DNA of 64,000 nucleotides from Planktothrix sp. GU0601_MAG3. GTDB taxonomy: Bacteria > Cyanobacteriota > Cyanobacteriia > Cyanobacteriales > Microcoleaceae. A model generated the notes under the pieces. The model made no database searches, was not told the DNA's origin, and saw only the letters and a program-made list of their open reading frames with translations. Shown piece after piece: positions 46,226 through 57,292 of the stretch. The position numbers and the translations under genes were made by a program. The DNA lies in the NCBI GenBank assembly GCA_035193785.1, contig CP136572.1:1504001-1568000 (forward strand). Direction: 5' to 3'. Position 1 is the stretch's first letter. Each line of letters starts with the position of its first letter.

Positions 46226-47409
46226 TAAGGTGCAACTCCTTTAAACCAACCTTGATTCCATAAATAGCCGGGTAAATCTCCTTCTTCTACTAATTTTCTG
46301 AGGATTTCGTGATCCGAGGCTTTAGACATTTTAGTGATCCCTTTTTCTTTGATTAGCCAAAATATACTGTCTAAAGGAACCGCATTTAAAAAGTCAGGGG
46401 AATGGGTAGAAACAAAAACTTGTCCTCCTCTATTTGTATAACTCGCAAATTCTTCCGCAAGTTCGGTTAAAAGAGTGGGATATAACTGGTTTTCTGGTTC
46501 TTCAACACAAAGTAAAGGGTGAGGTTTAGGATCAAAAAGCAAAATTAAATAGGCAAACATTTTCATTGTGCCATCAGATACATAACGATCAATGAATGGA
46601 TCTTTAAATGCTTCATCTTGAAATTTTAAAATTAATCGCCCGTCTTCCGTGTCTTTTGCTTCCACTGTAGAAATACCGGGGACTCTTTCTTTTATTCTGG
46701 TTAATATGGTTTGGAAAATATCAGGATATTCTCGATATAAATATTGTGCAACGACCGCAATATTATCCCCTGTGGGAGAAAGATGTTCCGCATAAAGTGC
46801 ATCTTTACTTCCCCTTGCCTCGCTAATATGGAAGTCGGAAATGTGCCAATTTTCGATCAGGGAGCGAAAAGCAGTAGCGGCTTTAAAACGTTGAAATTGT
46901 CCTAATCCTTTAATGGCTAAAATATCATTGGATTCTAGTTGCTGTTCTTCTCTTTTTAATTCTTCATCTGCTTGAATAAAATTTTCTTCATTGGTGATCG
47001 CATAACCCTTACCTTGACTAAAATCAAGAAAGTGATAGGGAGAGCCATATTCACCCCGTTTATAACGCAATATTTCTCTTTTGATCACGGGTTTTTGATT
47101 TTCTTGTCCAATAATCAATACATAAGTAACAAGTCGTTTTTTACCTAAAATATCCATCTGAAATTGTAGCTCTATTTCTATATCTTCTTTTTCTTTGCCT
47201 CTGGTAATAACTTCTCTGTAACCACCTCGAATTTGGAGAGCTTGACGAATGTTATTTTTTAAAGCATCTCGCAAAAAACCAAAAATATCAAACAGAGTTG
47301 ATTTCCCCGTACCATTAGCACCGATTAATACACAAAAAGGAGGAATATTCTCTACTTTCAAATTTTCAAAAACTCGATAGTTTTTAACTCTAATACTGGT
47401 AATTTGCAT
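46225..47409 (-). CDS. AAA_21/ABC-type ATPase
   Basis: GANGTGKS, SDGT signature, VEEPENQLYP, STHS. Confidence 0.88.
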   Translation of the reverse strand: MQITSIRVKNYRVFENLKVENIPPFCVLIGANGTGKSTLFDIFGFLRDALKNNIRQALQIRGGYREVITRGKEKEDIEIELQFQMDILGKKRLVTYVLIIGQENQKPVIKREILRYKRGEYGSPYHFLDFSQGKGYAITNEENFIQADEELKREEQQLESNDILAIKGLGQFQRFKAATAFRSLIENWHISDFHISEARGSKDALYAEHLSPTGDNIAVVAQYLYREYPDIFQTILTRIKERVPGISTVEAKDTEDGRLILKFQDEAFKDPFIDRYVSDGTMKMFAYLILLFDPKPHPLLCVEEPENQLYPTLLTELAEEFASYTNRGGQVFVSTHSPDFLNAVPLDSIFWLIKEKGITKMSKASDHEILRKLVEEGDLPGYLWNQGWFKGVAP

Positions 47410-47706
47410 AATTGTATCTCACAAGTAAATTAACTAATAAGGAGATGTTTTTTAACCCAGGATTTTGACTCTAATCAAGTATCTAATAACCCTCTGATGT
47501 TAATTGGTATCGTCATAAAAAACACATTCTAATAGGCCAGGAAGCAATCTATCAAGATGTTGAGATTGCTTTTGGGAATGATCATAACTACGAACTAGAT
47601 TTGTCGCTGCTTTACCCCCCTTCGCAATGACATTCAAAAGATCATCATTTTTCCTTAAAGTTGACACCAGCGATCTATTATATATTATTCCCCATTCCTC
47701 ATAATT

Positions 47707-48357
47707 ATGAATATTTCCCACGATGCTCGCCAATATGCTCCAGCAACAGAACGAAATCAACAACCGATTTTAGAGGTATTAAAACGGGTACTTCCGGTGC
47801 GTGGGACAGTGCTAGAAATAGCCAGTGGTACGGGACAACACGCGGTATTTTTTGCTCCAGAGTTAAAGCCGAGAAAATGGTTACCATCGGAAGTTAATCC
47901 GCTTTTACAAGCCAGTATTTTAGCTTGGGGAACCTATTTCCCGGCTGATAATTTATTTTCGCCTTTAGAATTAGATGTACAGAAATCGGTTTGGTCAGTG
48001 GAAAATCCTGATTTAAAATTGCCCTTTTGCTTACAGGAATTTCCGATTACTGCTATTGTGAATATTAATATGATTCATATTTCTCCCTGGTCAGCTTGCC
48101 TCAAATTAATGGCGGGTGCAAATCGAATTTTACCCCCAGGAGGAATTTTATATTTATACGGCCCCTATAAGCAAAATGGCAAACACACCGCACCGAGTAA
48201 TCAAGATTTTGATACCTCTTTACGGTTATCTAACCCAGAATGGGGCGTGAGAAATTTAGAAGAAGTTGTGGCAATTGCGGAATTAGAAAATTTCCGGTTA
48301 GTGGAATTAATCCCGATGCCAGCTAATAATTTATCCTTGATTTTTGAGAAAATATAG
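47707..48357 (+). CDS. DUF938 SAM-dependent methyltransferase
   Basis: APATERNQQPI, LEIASGTGQH, MPANN. Confidence 0.85.
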   Translation: MNISHDARQYAPATERNQQPILEVLKRVLPVRGTVLEIASGTGQHAVFFAPELKPRKWLPSEVNPLLQASILAWGTYFPADNLFSPLELDVQKSVWSVENPDLKLPFCLQEFPITAIVNINMIHISPWSACLKLMAGANRILPPGGILYLYGPYKQNGKHTAPSNQDFDTSLRLSNPEWGVRNLEEVVAIAELENFRLVELIPMPANNLSLIFEKI

Positions 48358-48374
48358 AATATAATTAAATTGGA

Positions 48375-49454
48375 TCAAGCGATCGCAGTTTCTATCATTT
48401 CCGGGGGAAAAAAATCTAACCCAATCTCAACTTCAACGGTTTTTGATTGTCTTCCGGGTATGGGATTTGTTGGTTCTTGATGGCGAGATTGAGGAGTTTG
48501 TTGTTCTAATAAATTCTGAATATCCGGGGGGAGAGTCACATCGGGAACACTTTGTTGAGATAACCAAGCGACTCCTCCCATAGAACCTGCTAGAATAGCG
48601 GCATAGCCTAAATATAAATGGACTGAATTAAGATAAAATTCTGAATCAACATCAACCTTAGAACTAGACTTTCCCCAGAGTTGATTAAATTCCAAACAAG
48701 GAAAAGATGATGCCATTTTTCCCCCTTCTAATCCCAAGGCATTCGCCGCCCGATAAATAAACCCCCGAATATAAATATCTTCCGGTAAAGCCTCAAGTTT
48801 TCCCTGTTCTAAAGCCTCTAAATGATGGAGGGGAACTAAAGTAAAATGGTGCATTTGCTGTAAACTTAGGTTGTAGGATTCTCTGGCTTTACGCAGTTCT
48901 ACCCCAATTTCTTGTAAATAAATCTTTTGTTTTTCATGAATTTGATGATTGGTTTCCGCTTGATTTAGAGGTTTGGATTTAGGTTTGGGTTTGGTTTTAG
49001 GAATATTATCTGATTCAGAAATAGTCGAATTTTGTTCTGGAGATTCTACCGTTAAATCTGGCGCTTGATATCCCGCCACAAACCCCAGGGGAGAAACTAC
49101 AATGGTTTGAACTTCCGTAGGAGTAGAAACATCTTGATCATTCGAGGGAATAGCAGTTACAGAAATAGAATTATGAGCAGCAGAAGATATGGTAGAAACA
49201 ATCGCCGTTTCCTGTCTAGCCATTTGTTTTAAAGACAATTGAATCGCCTCTCGTCCCACAGCCTTAATTACAATTTCAGCTTTACTAGCCGCCTGTCCTA
49301 ACATTTTTTGTAGACTTTTGAGAGCAATATTATAAACTTCACTACAATATAATTCCGCTTCAATTTGACGAACAAGAGAACGTAAACTTTCGGGAGACAC
49401 CTCTACTGTTGTCGGTGCTGTCATCCCAAAACCATTGACCGGATTTAGTTCCAT
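48375..49454 (-). CDS. RodZ-like HTH protein with a TM helix
   Basis: ELRKARES...LEALEQG...PEDIYIRGFI, then a TM segment. Confidence 0.7.
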   Translation of the reverse strand: MELNPVNGFGMTAPTTVEVSPESLRSLVRQIEAELYCSEVYNIALKSLQKMLGQAASKAEIVIKAVGREAIQLSLKQMARQETAIVSTISSAAHNSISVTAIPSNDQDVSTPTEVQTIVVSPLGFVAGYQAPDLTVESPEQNSTISESDNIPKTKPKPKSKPLNQAETNHQIHEKQKIYLQEIGVELRKARESYNLSLQQMHHFTLVPLHHLEALEQGKLEALPEDIYIRGFIYRAANALGLEGGKMASSFPCLEFNQLWGKSSSKVDVDSEFYLNSVHLYLGYAAILAGSMGGVAWLSQQSVPDVTLPPDIQNLLEQQTPQSRHQEPTNPIPGRQSKTVEVEIGLDFFPPEMIETAIA

Positions 49455-49884
49455 AATTTATACCCCGCCTCCATACCAGCTATCTAACTTCCTTTCTTCT
49501 ATGGTTTGGTTGTGATTCCGGATGCGGAGGAAGTACAAAAATCTTTTTTATCAAGATGTTTGAGTATTTTTTAACTGAATATGTAAAAAGAAAAGTTAAC
49601 ACAACTCTCCCAAGTCTGCAACTTTTATTGAAGAAAGATTGACAAATATTTAAAAATCTGGTTTATCGCCTCTTACCAATCACTTCCATAAGGTGCGTCA
49701 GTAACGAGCAGGGACTCTACGAGGTTGAAATCTTTGCCAGTCAAGGTTTTCGGCGTTTTCTGAAAAAACTTCAAGATCAAAATTGCACATTTCTTCGCAT
49801 TATGCTAAGATTATTTTGTTGATTAAATAGAGAAAACAAAAGGAGTCCTTCATATGCCAGCAATTTTTTTAAGAGGTTCTCCTA

Positions 49885-50187
49885 ATGCACATTATTTCAA
49901 AATCCAAACTTAAACCATTTTGGATAAAATACCCTAATGCTGAAACCAGTTTAATAAGTTGGTATAAAATTACTGAAAAAGCCGAGTGGAAAACCACTGC
50001 TGATGTGCGTTTAACATTCAGAACTGTAGATTTTGTGGGTAACTTTACGGTTTTTGATATTGGAGGAAATAACTATCGGTTAATTGCTTATATAGATTAT
50101 GAATATAGGAAAGTCTTTATTCGTAAGATTCTCACTCATGGAGAATATGATCAAGACAAATGGAAACAAGATAAATGGTATCATTAA
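49885..50187 (+). CDS. higB: HigB-family toxin (mRNA interferase)
   Basis: MHIISK..FW, VFDIGGNNYRLI, LTHGEYD. Confidence 0.85.
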   Translation: MHIISKSKLKPFWIKYPNAETSLISWYKITEKAEWKTTADVRLTFRTVDFVGNFTVFDIGGNNYRLIAYIDYEYRKVFIRKILTHGEYDQDKWKQDKWYH

Positions 50188-50303
50188 GCTAAAACTCTCA
50201 TGCAAAAGTATGTTTTGTTGATGTTAAGCACTGATTAGGTAATAGAAACAGGGCAAACTCAGCCCTATTTCTATCAAAATTTCAAGTTTACACTCATTTA
50301 AAA

Positions 50304-50714
50304 ATGTTAGCTTCTAATGATTACATTGAATTACTCACAAGTTTTCCTCCGCGTCCTATAACGTCTGAGGAAGAATTAGAATTGACTCAAAATATGATTG
50401 ATCAATTATTAGATCAGGGGAAACTGAGTCAAGATGAAAAAGACTATTTGAATGTGTTAGGTGCTTTAGTTTATGAATATGAACAACAACAAGAACCCAT
50501 TCCTGATATTTATGGAGTAGAATTGCTCAAGAGTTTAATCGAAGATAATGGATTACGTCAAAAAGACTTAGTTCCAATTTTTAAAACTGAATCCATCGTA
50601 TCCGATGTTTTAAATGGAAAACGAGAACTCACGAAACGGCATATTGAAGAATTAGCTAAATTTTTTCATGTTTCTACTGCTGTTTTCTTCCCTAGAAATT
50701 CAATTAGGAAGTAG
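50304..50714 (+). CDS. higA: HigA-family HTH antitoxin
   Basis: PRPITSEEE, LRQKDL..IFKTESIVSDVLNGKRELT. Confidence 0.85.
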   Translation: MLASNDYIELLTSFPPRPITSEEELELTQNMIDQLLDQGKLSQDEKDYLNVLGALVYEYEQQQEPIPDIYGVELLKSLIEDNGLRQKDLVPIFKTESIVSDVLNGKRELTKRHIEELAKFFHVSTAVFFPRNSIRK

Positions 50715-50762
50715 ATGAAAATTTTAGGTTAAGGAAATTGTCTGAAGGAGGAAAATAAATTC

Positions 50763-50981
50763 GTGCCAAAGAAAATTCGAGAAATAAAAGCTATGCTACT
50801 CAAAGCAGGATTTTTATATCGTTCCGGTAAAGGGAGTCATACTGTATGGAATCATTCTTTATTAGAATATAGTCTAACTATTTCTGGGAAAGATGGCAGT
50901 GATGCAGATCGTTATCAAGAACGAGATGTTAGAAATGCACTTAGAGATTTAAAACAGTTACAACAGGAGGATCAACAATGA
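50763..50981 (+). CDS. hicA: HicA-family toxin
   Basis: LLKAGF..RSGKGSHTVW. Confidence 0.85.
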   Translation: MPKKIREIKAMLLKAGFLYRSGKGSHTVWNHSLLEYSLTISGKDGSDADRYQERDVRNALRDLKQLQQEDQQ

Positions 50982-51187
50982 ACTCTCAATATAGTATTTT
51001 AATTCAATGGTCAGACGAAGATCAAAAATATGTGGTGAGTTTACCTGAATTTGGGCCTTATGCTCATACTCATGGGGAAACCTACGAAGAAGCCTTAAAA
51101 AATGGTCAGGAAGTATTAGAACTTTTAATTGAAGATTATCAGGCGAGAGGAAAAGAACTTCCTAAGCCTTTAACAATTCAAGTCTAG
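50978..51187 (+). CDS. hicB: HicB-family antitoxin
   Basis: WSDEDQKYVVSLPEF..THGETYEEALKN; ATGA overlap with hicA. Confidence 0.85.
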   Translation: MNSQYSILIQWSDEDQKYVVSLPEFGPYAHTHGETYEEALKNGQEVLELLIEDYQARGKELPKPLTIQV

Positions 51188-51200
51188 TTAATCTTCATAT

Positions 51201-51249
51201 TTTTCATATTTCTCCGGCGGTTTTCTTCCCTAGAAACTCGGTTTATTAG
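51201..51249 (+). pseudogene. Remnant second higA 3' end
   Basis: Encodes FHISPAVFFPRNSVY*, versus FHVSTAVFFPRNSIRK* in higA. Confidence 0.7.
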
Positions 51250-51469
51250 TTAGGGATTTTAACCATAAAAATCTTCATCTAAAATTTGTTCAAGTGAAAG
51301 CTTAAGCCAAAGTTGAAAATCTTTTTCATAGAGATGTTTAAGCATTTTTCCAACCCTTTAAAGTTAATTCAAGAACCAATGACAGCAGGCGGTTGACGGA
51401 TGATTGAACCCATTGTCCCCCAAATGTGTAAAAATAAATTACGGTAATATTGGAAATTGAGAGTAAACT

Positions 51470-52562
51470 GTGAGTTCAACTGTCGCACTGCCGAAAGATA
51501 CACAAACAACGGTCAACCTGTCTCGTCGTCCTGTTTTTCCCTTCACCGCAATTGTCGGCCAGGAAGAAATGAAACTGGCTTTAATTTTAAATACTATCGA
51601 TCCTAAAATCGGTGGGGTGATGATTATGGGCGATCGGGGGACAGGAAAATCCACCACTATCCGCGCCCTGGCTGACCTGCTTCCCGAAATTGAAGTGATC
51701 GCCGATGACCCCTTCAATAGCCATCCCACCGATGCGGAATTGATGAGTGATAACGTCCGCGAGCGTCTGAGTCAACATCAGGATATTCCCGTGTCTCGGA
51801 AAAAAGTCCCGATGGTGGATCTGCCTTTGGGGGCCACGGAAGATCGGGTTTGTGGCACAATTGACATTGAAAAAGCCCTATCTGAAGGGGTGAAAGCCTT
51901 TGAACCCGGACTGTTGGCCAAAGCTAACCGGGGAATTTTGTATGTGGATGAGGTTAACCTCCTGGATGATCACTTAGTTGACGTCTTGTTAGACTCGGCG
52001 GCTAGTGGTTGGAATACTGTTGAAAGGGAGGGAATTTCCATCCGTCACCCGGCGCGGTTTGTGTTAGTTGGTTTCGGGAAACCCGGAAGAAGGAGAGTTA
52101 CGTCCGCAATTATTAGATCGGTTTGGAATGCACGCCGAAATTAGAACCGTAAAAGAGCCGAATTTGCGAGTTAAAATTGTTGAAGAAAGAACCTCTTTTG
52201 ATCAAAATCCTCAAACCTTTTTAGAAGACCATATTAATGACCAACACCAATTACAAAATAAACTGGTAGAAGCTCAAAATCTCCTCCCCTCTGTCCAAAT
52301 TGATTATGATTTACGGGTAAAAATTTCCCAGGTTTGTTCGGAATTAGATGTGGATGGTTTACGGGGAGATATTGTTAGTAACCGGGCGGCTAAAGCCTTA
52401 GCAGCTTTTGAAGGACGCACAGAAGTCACCGTCGATGATATTCAACGGGTGATTACCTTATGTTTGCGTCACCGTTTGCGCAAAGATCCTTTGGAAACCA
52501 TTGATTCGGGTTTCAAAGTTCAAAAGGTTTTCCGTCAAGTCTTTGGTTTACCTGATGCCTAG
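51470..52562 (+). CDS. chlI: Magnesium chelatase subunit I (frameshift near 52073)
   Basis: [34 protein letters not shown]. Confidence 0.95.
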
Positions 52563-52624
52563 TGACAAGTAAAGTCATGTAGCATTAATTGAAGTGGAAA
52601 ATCCCTGATAGCAGCCAAAATCCG

Positions 52625-52735
52625 ATCCCCCTAAATCCCCCTTTTTAAGGGGGACTTTGATCGGAACTTTCCCAACTAGAAAACAGGGATTTTATAACTC
52701 CGGTTCCCCCATTTTTAAGGGGGTTAGGGGGGATT
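52625..52735. repeat. Cyanobacterial dispersed palindromic repeat (CCCCCTAAATCCCCCTTTTTAAGGGGG...AAGGGGGTTAGGGGGG)
   Basis: Nested inverted repeats. Confidence 0.7.
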
Positions 52736-52765
52736 AAACCGGGAGCCACTTATAGCATTTTTCAG

Positions 52766-53293
52766 ATGAAAAAAATAATTTTAGGTTTTGATCCGGGTTT
52801 AGCAATATTAGGATTTGGAGCAATAGAGTGTGAAATTGATGATAAAAACCAGGAACAAAAATCCGTTTCTATGATTGATTTTGGGGTAATTAAAACCCCA
52901 GCTAAAACCGAATTAGGCAAGCGTTTATGTATCATTTATGAGGATTTAAACCAGTTATTAACCCATATAAAACCCGATTTAGCTATTGTGGAAAAACTCT
53001 TTTTTTATCGCATGGCAAATACCATTGCCGTTGCCCAAGCAAAGGGGGTGTTATTATTAGTCTTGGCTCAACACCAGATTCCGTTAATTGAGTTTACTCC
53101 TGGTCAAATTAAAAAGGCTTTGACGGGACATGGTAATGCGGATAAATATCAAGTTCAAGCAGCGGTGGCTCGGGAATTGAATTTAACAGAAATTCCTAAA
53201 CCTGATGATGCGGCGGATGCTTTAGCCATCGCTTTAACAGCTTGGTTTGATCCTGATATAATTTTTCAATGTAGCACTACGCATTACAGTTAG
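52766..53293 (+). CDS. ruvC: Holliday junction resolvase
   Basis: [22 protein letters not shown]. Confidence 0.93.
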   Translation: MKKIILGFDPGLAILGFGAIECEIDDKNQEQKSVSMIDFGVIKTPAKTELGKRLCIIYEDLNQLLTHIKPDLAIVEKLFFYRMANTIAVAQAKGVLLLVLAQHQIPLIEFTPGQIKKALTGHGNADKYQVQAAVARELNLTEIPKPDDAADALAIALTAWFDPDIIFQCSTTHYS

Positions 53294-53337
53294 GACACTT
53301 CTAAATCCAGTAAACTCATTCCCAATTCCCTTTATTT

Positions 53338-53712
53338 ATGATGATTCTCACGTCTCAGGAAATTGCTCAATTTCGCTCACAATTGGCTGAATATTCCGTT
53401 GCTTTGGAAGCCTTAGATAGAATTGAAGATTGTGAAGGAGATCTCGAAGATGCGGCCATTGAAATGGCAATTCATGTCGGTCAATTACCCGATACTTCCG
53501 AAAATTGGTTAGATGGTTTAGCCAAACGATATCGGGTGAGTTTGTGCAATAAAGACCTGCGAGAAGAATTAATTCAGGGCAATATTGCGGCAATGGTAGA
53601 ATCTCTAATTGCGGAAAATCAATGTCCAGCCCTATTAATTACTCCGGTGGTCATTTATGCGGTGAAATCGGGAATTGAGCAATTTTGTCAACCTTTAGAA
53701 TATAAATTATAG
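53338..53712 (+). CDS. Conserved hypothetical protein
   Basis: IEDCEGDLEDAAI motif. Confidence 0.65.
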   Translation: MMILTSQEIAQFRSQLAEYSVALEALDRIEDCEGDLEDAAIEMAIHVGQLPDTSENWLDGLAKRYRVSLCNKDLREELIQGNIAAMVESLIAENQCPALLITPVVIYAVKSGIEQFCQPLEYKL

Positions 53713-53797
53713 GGATTTGGTAACAAAACCAACCGCGTAAACGAAGATTTTACCCTAAAATTAGAAATCAAACACAAACCGAATTTAGGAGTAATTT

Positions 53798-55058
53798 GTG
53801 AGCCCAGAAACCTTGGTCAAAAAAGAGCCTGTTACCAGCGATTTTAGTATTGATGACTTTAATTCCGATGTTATGAATACCTACGCCCGTTTTCCCATTG
53901 CCTTAGAGCGGGGAGAAGGGTGTCGGGTTTGGGATACCAACGGTAAAGAATACCTAGATTTTGTGGCGGGAATTGCCACTTGTACCCTAGGACACGCCCA
54001 TCCGGTATTAATAGAAGCGGTCACCAAACAAATTAAAACTTTGCACCATGTTTCTAATTTATATTATGTTCCCGTGCAAGGAGAATTAGCCAAATGGTTA
54101 ACCGACCATTCCTGTGCAGATAAGGCATTTTTCTGTAATTCGGGAGCGGAAGCAAACGAAGGCGCGATTAAATTAGCTCGGAAATATGCCCACGACAAAT
54201 TAAATATTGAAGACCCAGTTATTATTACTGCCCATGCTAGTTTTCATGGTCGAACTTTAGCTACAATTACGGCGACTGGACAACCTAAATATCAAAAAGG
54301 TTTTAGTCCGTTAGTGCCAGGTTTTGTTTATGTTCCTTATAATGATATTGAGGCTTTAGAAGCCACTATTTCTGAAGTCGATAAAGACGGGCGACGGGTA
54401 GCCGCTATTATGTTAGAAGCGCTACAAGGAGAAGGGGGTGTGCGTCCTGGGGATATTCAATATTTCCAACGTATTCGGCAAATTTGCGATGAAAAAGGCA
54501 TTCTTTTAATCTTAGATGAAGTTCAAGTTGGCGTGGGTCGCAGTGGTAAATTATGGGGTTATGAAAACTTAGGAATTGAGCCGGATATTTTCACCTCGGC
54601 GAAGGGTTTGGGCGGTGGTATTCCCATCGGGGCGATGATGTGTAAAGGGTTTTGTGATGTTTTTGAACCCGGAAGTCATGCGTCTACCTTTGGCGGAAAT
54701 CCCTTTGTTTGTGCGGTGGCGTTGGCAGTTTGTCAAACCTTAGAAAGAGAAAATATTCTGGAAAATGTCAAAAAACGGGGAGAACAACTTCGTGGCAAGT
54801 TAACAGAAATAGCTCAAAAATATCCTGATTTAATTGCGGAAGTCCGGGGCTGGGGTTTAATTAATGGTTTAGAATTAAAAGAGGATGTGGAATTAACCTC
54901 TGCCCAGGTGGTGAAAGTGGTAATGGAAGCGGGGTTATTATTAGTTTCCGGCTGGCCCGAAAGTGTTGCGTTTTGTCCCGCCTTTAATTGTGACCGAGGA
55001 AGAAGTTAATCAGGCGTTACAAGCGGTTGAAAATGCCTTAAAACAGTTAACAGCTTAG
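53798..55058 (+). CDS. argD: Acetylornithine aminotransferase (frameshift near 54946)
   Basis: DFVAGIA, NSGAEANE, FHGRT, DEVQ, AKGLGGG; after the shift PAGPKVLRFVPPL. Confidence 0.93.
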
Positions 55059-55068
55059 TTAAACTCAA

Positions 55069-55108
55069 TTCCCTATTCTTCTTTCTGGAATTGGAAAAGA
55101 GTAGGGAA
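55069..55108. terminator. Hairpin between convergent genes
   Basis: TTCCCTATTCTT...AAGAGTAGGGAA. Confidence 0.45.
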
Positions 55109-55155
55109 TATTTTAGAGTTGATGCTGAGTTAGTTAAGCAGATTATTTATTCTGT

Positions 55156-55596
55156 TTAAGGCTTATCTATATAAGCCAGTAATTCATCAACTTTAACAAG
55201 GTATTTCCGATGATTTTTGTAAGGAATCTTACCTTCATATTGAAGACGACCGATAATAATACCCGGATGTCGCCCTTGACTCCCAGCAAATTTCTCAATC
55301 GCTTTAGTTGAGAAGCGAGAGCAGTGAGTAGCAACAAATTCAGCCAAGGCATTACTATCAATCAGCCAATCACAGGAGAGTTGATTTGCTTCTTTTTCTT
55401 GGGGATTATCTTCTAGTTGGCTGAGGTCATCTAAATATATACCTTCATGACCTGCGACAATATGCCCTAATTCGTGCATTAGGGTAAACCAGAAAGAATC
55501 AATCCGGTTATATCTCAGGGTTAAGGCAATCATAGGGTGATTATTAATGGTAAAGGTTGCCCCGTCTAGGTATGTTTTAGACAGATGGGGAACAAT
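55156..55596 (-). pseudogene. C-terminal ImmA/IrrE-type metallopeptidase domain of a HigA-like regulator, IS-interrupted and 5'-truncated
   Basis: VPHLSKTYLDGA, LRYNRIDSFWFTLMHELGH (HExxH), EKEAN. Confidence 0.75.
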
Positions 55597-56969
55597 TAGG
55601 AATGAAAAAGTAATAACTTGATGAGTTTTAGATATAATGAAGTATAGCCACTGATGGCAGATTTTACAAAAATCGAGAGAACCTGGCAATAGATTTTTCG
55701 ATTGAATTACACAGCTTGACCCGAAAACCCATGTTTTATTCTAGTTTAATTCAAGAAGAAATGAAGAAGTTTTATAACTCTTTATCAGAAAAAGATAAAA
55801 GAAGATATGCAGCAATAGAGGCTCAAAAATTGGGATGGGGAGGAATTAGTTATATCATCAAACTTTTGGGTTGTACTCGAAACACAATTGTCCGAGGAAT
55901 AAAAGAGTTAAAAGAACTGGATGAAACCGACCATTAATGATGCAAGAATTAGAAAAAAAGGCGGAGGAAGAAAAAGTATTTTTTCGACCCAAATTGGCAT
56001 AGATGAAGCCTTTTTGGAAGTGTTAAAGTCCCGGACAGCCGGAGACCCTATGAACGAGTCAATTAAATGGACTAATTTAACCCATAAAGAAATTGCTTTG
56101 GGACTGAAAGAAGCCGGATTTAATATCAGTCCTCCTACAGTAAAGAAGCTCTTGAAAAAGCATGGATATGTCAAGCTAAAAGCACAAAAAAAGCAAACGA
56201 TAGGAATTAATAAGGATCGAAATGCTCAATTTGAAAATATTGCTAGACTCGATAACCTGTATGGACAAGCCGGTAATCCTATTATTAGTTTTGATACTAA
56301 AAAGAAAGAAGTTCTAGGAAATTTATATCGTCCAGGTACTCTGTATACAACCGAGCCTGTTACTACTTTAGATCATGATTTTTGGAGCTTAGGTCATGGA
56401 AAAGTTATTCCCCATGGCATTTACGATACTCAAAAAAACCGAGGGTATGTAACATTAGGCAATAGTAAAGATACCAGTGAATTTGCTTGTGAAGCTCTTA
56501 AACATTGGTGGAATTATTATGGAAAAGCCCTCTATCCTGATGCTAATTCAATTTTGGCTAAGTGTGATGGGGGTGGCAGTAATAATGCTAATCATTATAT
56601 TTTTAAACAAGATTTACAAAAGTTAGTAGATGAAATTGGAATTGAGATCAGAATTGCTCATTATCCTCCCTATACATCTAAATATAATCCCATTGAACAT
56701 CGACTTTTTCCTCATCTAACTAGAGCTTGTCAAGGAGTAATTTTTACCAGTCTCGCTTTGGTCAAAACTCTCATGGAAAAAACTCGCACTAATACAGGGC
56801 TATCTGTCGTTGTTAATGTCGTTGATCAAGTCTATGAAACTGGTCGAAAGGTAACTGATAATTTCAAAAAAACTCTGAAAATTGTTTTTGATAAATATTT
56901 ACCCAAATGGAAACTATCGAGCCGTACCTCAACTCACTCATTAATCCATTTATTGATTTTTCATTCCTA
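55597..56969 (+). mobile_element. ISAzo13-family insertion sequence
   Basis: TIR TAGGAATGAAAAA..AATAA at both ends; 3-bp direct repeat AAT at 55594-55596 and 56970-56972. Confidence 0.88.
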
Positions 56970-56970
56970 A
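55716..56970 (+). CDS. ISAzo13-family DDE transposase (frameshifted near 55930 and probably near the 3' end)
   Basis: SEKDKRRYAAIEA..LGWGG, RIRKKGGGRK, ISFDTKKKE, DHDF, DGGGSN, HYPPYTSKYNPIEHRLF. Confidence 0.9.
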
Positions 56971-57292
56971 ATTGAAATTCCATGAACTCCCCAAGCCTAT
57001 TTTTATTTCTAATATTTTATAGTAAACAATTCGGCTTTGGGGTGAATCACTTAATCTATTATAATTTTTTTTATGATTAGGTGCAATCACCTTGATCGAA
57101 AATAGCAGACAAGGGAAGTAATTACACTATATATAGCGGTATTGATCAGGTATTTTAACGGATTAAAGGATTGAGTTACGCTAAATAAAGATTATTAAGT
57201 TTTGTCAAGAAGATGGGTTGAGGCTCAGGGGTCAGATATTTATCATCATCTCAAATGTTGAGTTATCATAAACTGATGGAGGTAAACTTACT

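Noticed and set aside
47500..47763. 87-aa minus-strand ORF upstream of the ATPase
   Set aside because: It overlaps the DUF938 gene start and has no credible start or recognisable motif; at most a relic.
49700..49870. Possible IS left-end remnant (RBS + ATGCCAGCA) providing a promoter for higB
   Set aside because: Only a few codons of resemblance and no matching right end; cannot be supported.
55908..55940. Programmed frameshift in the ISAzo13 transposase
   Set aside because: Indistinguishable from the many assembly indels in this window.
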